DNA of 64,000 bases from NCBI GenBank assembly GCA_963804955.1, contig CAWDSQ010000007.1, forward strand, positions 214,546-278,545, read 5' to 3'. Below are positions 62,189-64,000 of this stretch, piece by piece. The notes beneath the pieces were generated by a model. It saw only the letters and a list, made by a program, of their open reading frames with translations. It did not search any database and was not told where the DNA came from. The position numbers were made by a program, and so were the translations under genes. Source of the stretch: an uncultured delta proteobacterium. Lineage in GTDB: Bacteria > Desulfobacterota > WTBG01 > CAIYCZ01 > CAIRTM01. Position 1 is the first letter of the stretch. The number at the start of each line of letters is the position of its first letter.

Positions 62189-62809
62189 TCAGGTGGTGGT
62201 TATTTCCCGTTTTTCTATGACCTTATCAACTATACCATATTCGCGCGCCTGCTCGCCGCTCAGAAAATAGTCGCGGTCGGTATCCTGATGGATTTTCTCC
62301 ATGGTCTGGCCCGTATGGCGCACAAGAATCTCCTCAAGCTCCTGGCGCGTGCGGATGATTTCGCGGGCATGAATGTCGATGTCCGTTGCCTGCCCCTGAT
62401 AGCCGCCCATGGGCTGGTGCAGCATGATCCGCGAGTGCGGCAGGGCGAAGCGCTTGCCCTGAGCCCCGGCAGTGAGCAGCACGGCGCCCATGCTTGCCGC
62501 CTGGCCGAAGCACAGCGTTGATATGGGCGACCGGAGGTACTGCATGGTGTCATAGATTGCCATGCCCGAGGTCACCAAACCGCCCGGCGAATTGATATAG
62601 AGATGAATGTCCTTCTCCGGGTCCTCGGACTCCAGAAACAGCATCTGGGCAATGATGATATTGGCCACATGATCATCAATGGCGCTGCCGAGGAAAATGA
62701 TGCGGTCTTTCAGAAGCCGCGAGTAGATGTCATAGGACCGCTCGCCCCGGTTGGTCTGCTCGACCACGAACGGAATGAGCTGATTGGTCGTTTGCGGTAC
62801 ACCATTCAT
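62189..62809 (-). CDS. clpP: ClpP protease subunit
   Basis: 206 aa; catalytic Ser/His/Asp context …INSPGG…. Confidence 0.95.
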   Translation of the reverse strand: MNGVPQTTNQLIPFVVEQTNRGERSYDIYSRLLKDRIIFLGSAIDDHVANIIIAQMLFLESEDPEKDIHLYINSPGGLVTSGMAIYDTMQYLRSPISTLCFGQAASMGAVLLTAGAQGKRFALPHSRIMLHQPMGGYQGQATDIDIHAREIIRTRQELEEILVRHTGQTMEKIHQDTDRDYFLSGEQAREYGIVDKVIEKREITTT

Positions 62810-62877
62810 ATCATGTTCCCTGCTGTGCTGTAGTGTGCAAGATGGCCCCCCGTTACTTTTCGGTTATTTGTGCTTTT

Positions 62878-64000
62878 GCTGTAATAAAATCTATCGCTTT
62901 TTTTTCAAGAATCTGCGGCCGCAGCACCTCGGGGTCCAGGGCGGCCTTTACCGCTGCCACATCCTGGCCGTACTGAGCCGCAAGCTCATCGTATTTTTTC
63001 TCAATATCGGCATCATCAACCTGTCAGGCCTTCTTTTGCGGCAATGGCTTCAAGAATAAGCGCCGCCTTCACCTGCCGCTCCGCCGCGCCCCGGTAGCGC
63101 TCAAGCAGCGTGCCCGCATTCTGCCCCAGGCTCTCAAGCTTGATGCCCTGCTGCGCCAGCATCTGCTGGGTCTCCATTACCATATTGCGCGCCTGCATGT
63201 CGATAAGGGCTTTGGGCACATCAAATGCGTTCTTCTCGATGAGCGCATCAAAAATCTTTTCTTTAAAGCCATGCTCCGCCTGATTGCGCTTGCGGGTAAG
63301 AATCTCCTCGGACATGGCTTTTTTGAGATCATCAAGACAGGAATACTTCTGGCTCAGGTCCCGGGCGAATTCATCATCAAGCACGGGCAGCACCCGCTCT
63401 TTAATGCCCTTCAGCAGGACCTTCACATCCACCTGTTTCCCGGCATACTCCTTATTGGCAAAGTCTTCGGGCAGCTGCAGCGAAAAGCTCCGCTCCGTCG
63501 CCCGCCTGCATGCCCGCAACCTGTGCGGCAAAGCCGGGCAGATAGGCTGTGTCGGTGGTTTCCAGAAAAAAGTCCTTCTGGGGGCCGCCGCCATAGGGTT
63601 TTCCCTCGCAGCTGGCATCGAGATCGAAAATGCCGAAATCGCCCTGCGCAAGGCTGCGGCCCTCAACATCTTTCAGTGTAGCATATGTGCTGCGCAATCC
63701 TTCAAGTGCGGACGCAAGCTCCTCATCTCCACCTTCGGCGATCTTCTCGCGCTCAAGCTCAAGGCCTTCATAGCCCTGCGGCACTATGGCGGGCTTCACC
63801 TCGAAAACAGCCGTATAGGAAAACTCCTTGTCGCGCTCGATGCCGGCGTTTTCAATCTTTGGCTGCGACACAGGGGCTGTTTTTGCTTCATCAATGGCCC
63901 GGGGATAGGACTCCTGCAGAATCTTGGATATAACATCCTCTTCAACCTGGGCCTTGAAATACTTCTCCAAGCAGAGACATGGGCGCCTTGCCGGGCCGGA
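62878..64000 (-). CDS. tig: trigger factor (C-terminal two-thirds in window; fragmented into 63016..63669 and 63452..63970 plus a tail to ~62878 by indels); N-terminus beyond window
   Basis: PPIase and C-terminal arm motifs; synteny tig-clpP-clpX-lon. Confidence 0.8.

Overview
This 64 kb window looks like chromosomal DNA from a moderately GC-rich Deltaproteobacteria/Desulfobacterota-like bacterium. That guess rests on the codon style, a Myxococcales-type Cys-rich motif and the RND/CsrA-type context.

Housekeeping backbone (about 12-30 kb and 58-64 kb): trmH-like methyltransferase, CoA-transferase, cysS, ispF, ispD, carD/cdnL, queD-folE2, rsmI, an M48/TPR protease, groES-groEL, htpX, and a tRNA-Val/tRNA-Asp-lon-clpX-clpP-tig cluster.

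SOS module (2.2-5.4 kb): lexA and dinB with an Abi_2 (AbiD/F-like) abortive-infection gene inserted between them.

Efflux pair (30.7-35.1 kb): an RND membrane-fusion gene and an RND permease gene, both heavily frameshifted.

Accessory island (about 43-58 kb) abutting tRNA-Asp. It carries toxin-antitoxin modules (higBA, Gp49-like/XRE, hicAB, an MNT/HEPN remnant), a Fic gene, a WYL (BrxR/CapW-like) regulator, an HNH nuclease, TerB, an SNase-like nuclease, an LRR/TSP3 surface protein, a PilZ protein and a response regulator. The island also contains:
- three decaying copies of a UmuC-like 3' end;
- a 110-bp direct repeat whose 21-bp core is 'aattcaactaattcaacaacg';
- a 140-165 bp MITE family with 15-bp terminal inverted repeats and 5-bp target-site duplications, one copy of which splits a toxin gene;
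- a GGA-rich heptad-repeat locus that could encode a CsrA-sponge-like sRNA.

Mobile elements: one intact IS110-family element and one truncated IS110 remnant.

At least 11 genes carry apparent frameshifts. This points to an indel-prone assembly rather than biology, so single-gene pseudogene calls should be treated with caution.

The most system-like novelty candidate is the WYL regulator divergent from an unknown 332-aa protein plus Fic. The site-specific-recombination footprints of the cassette-like island come next.
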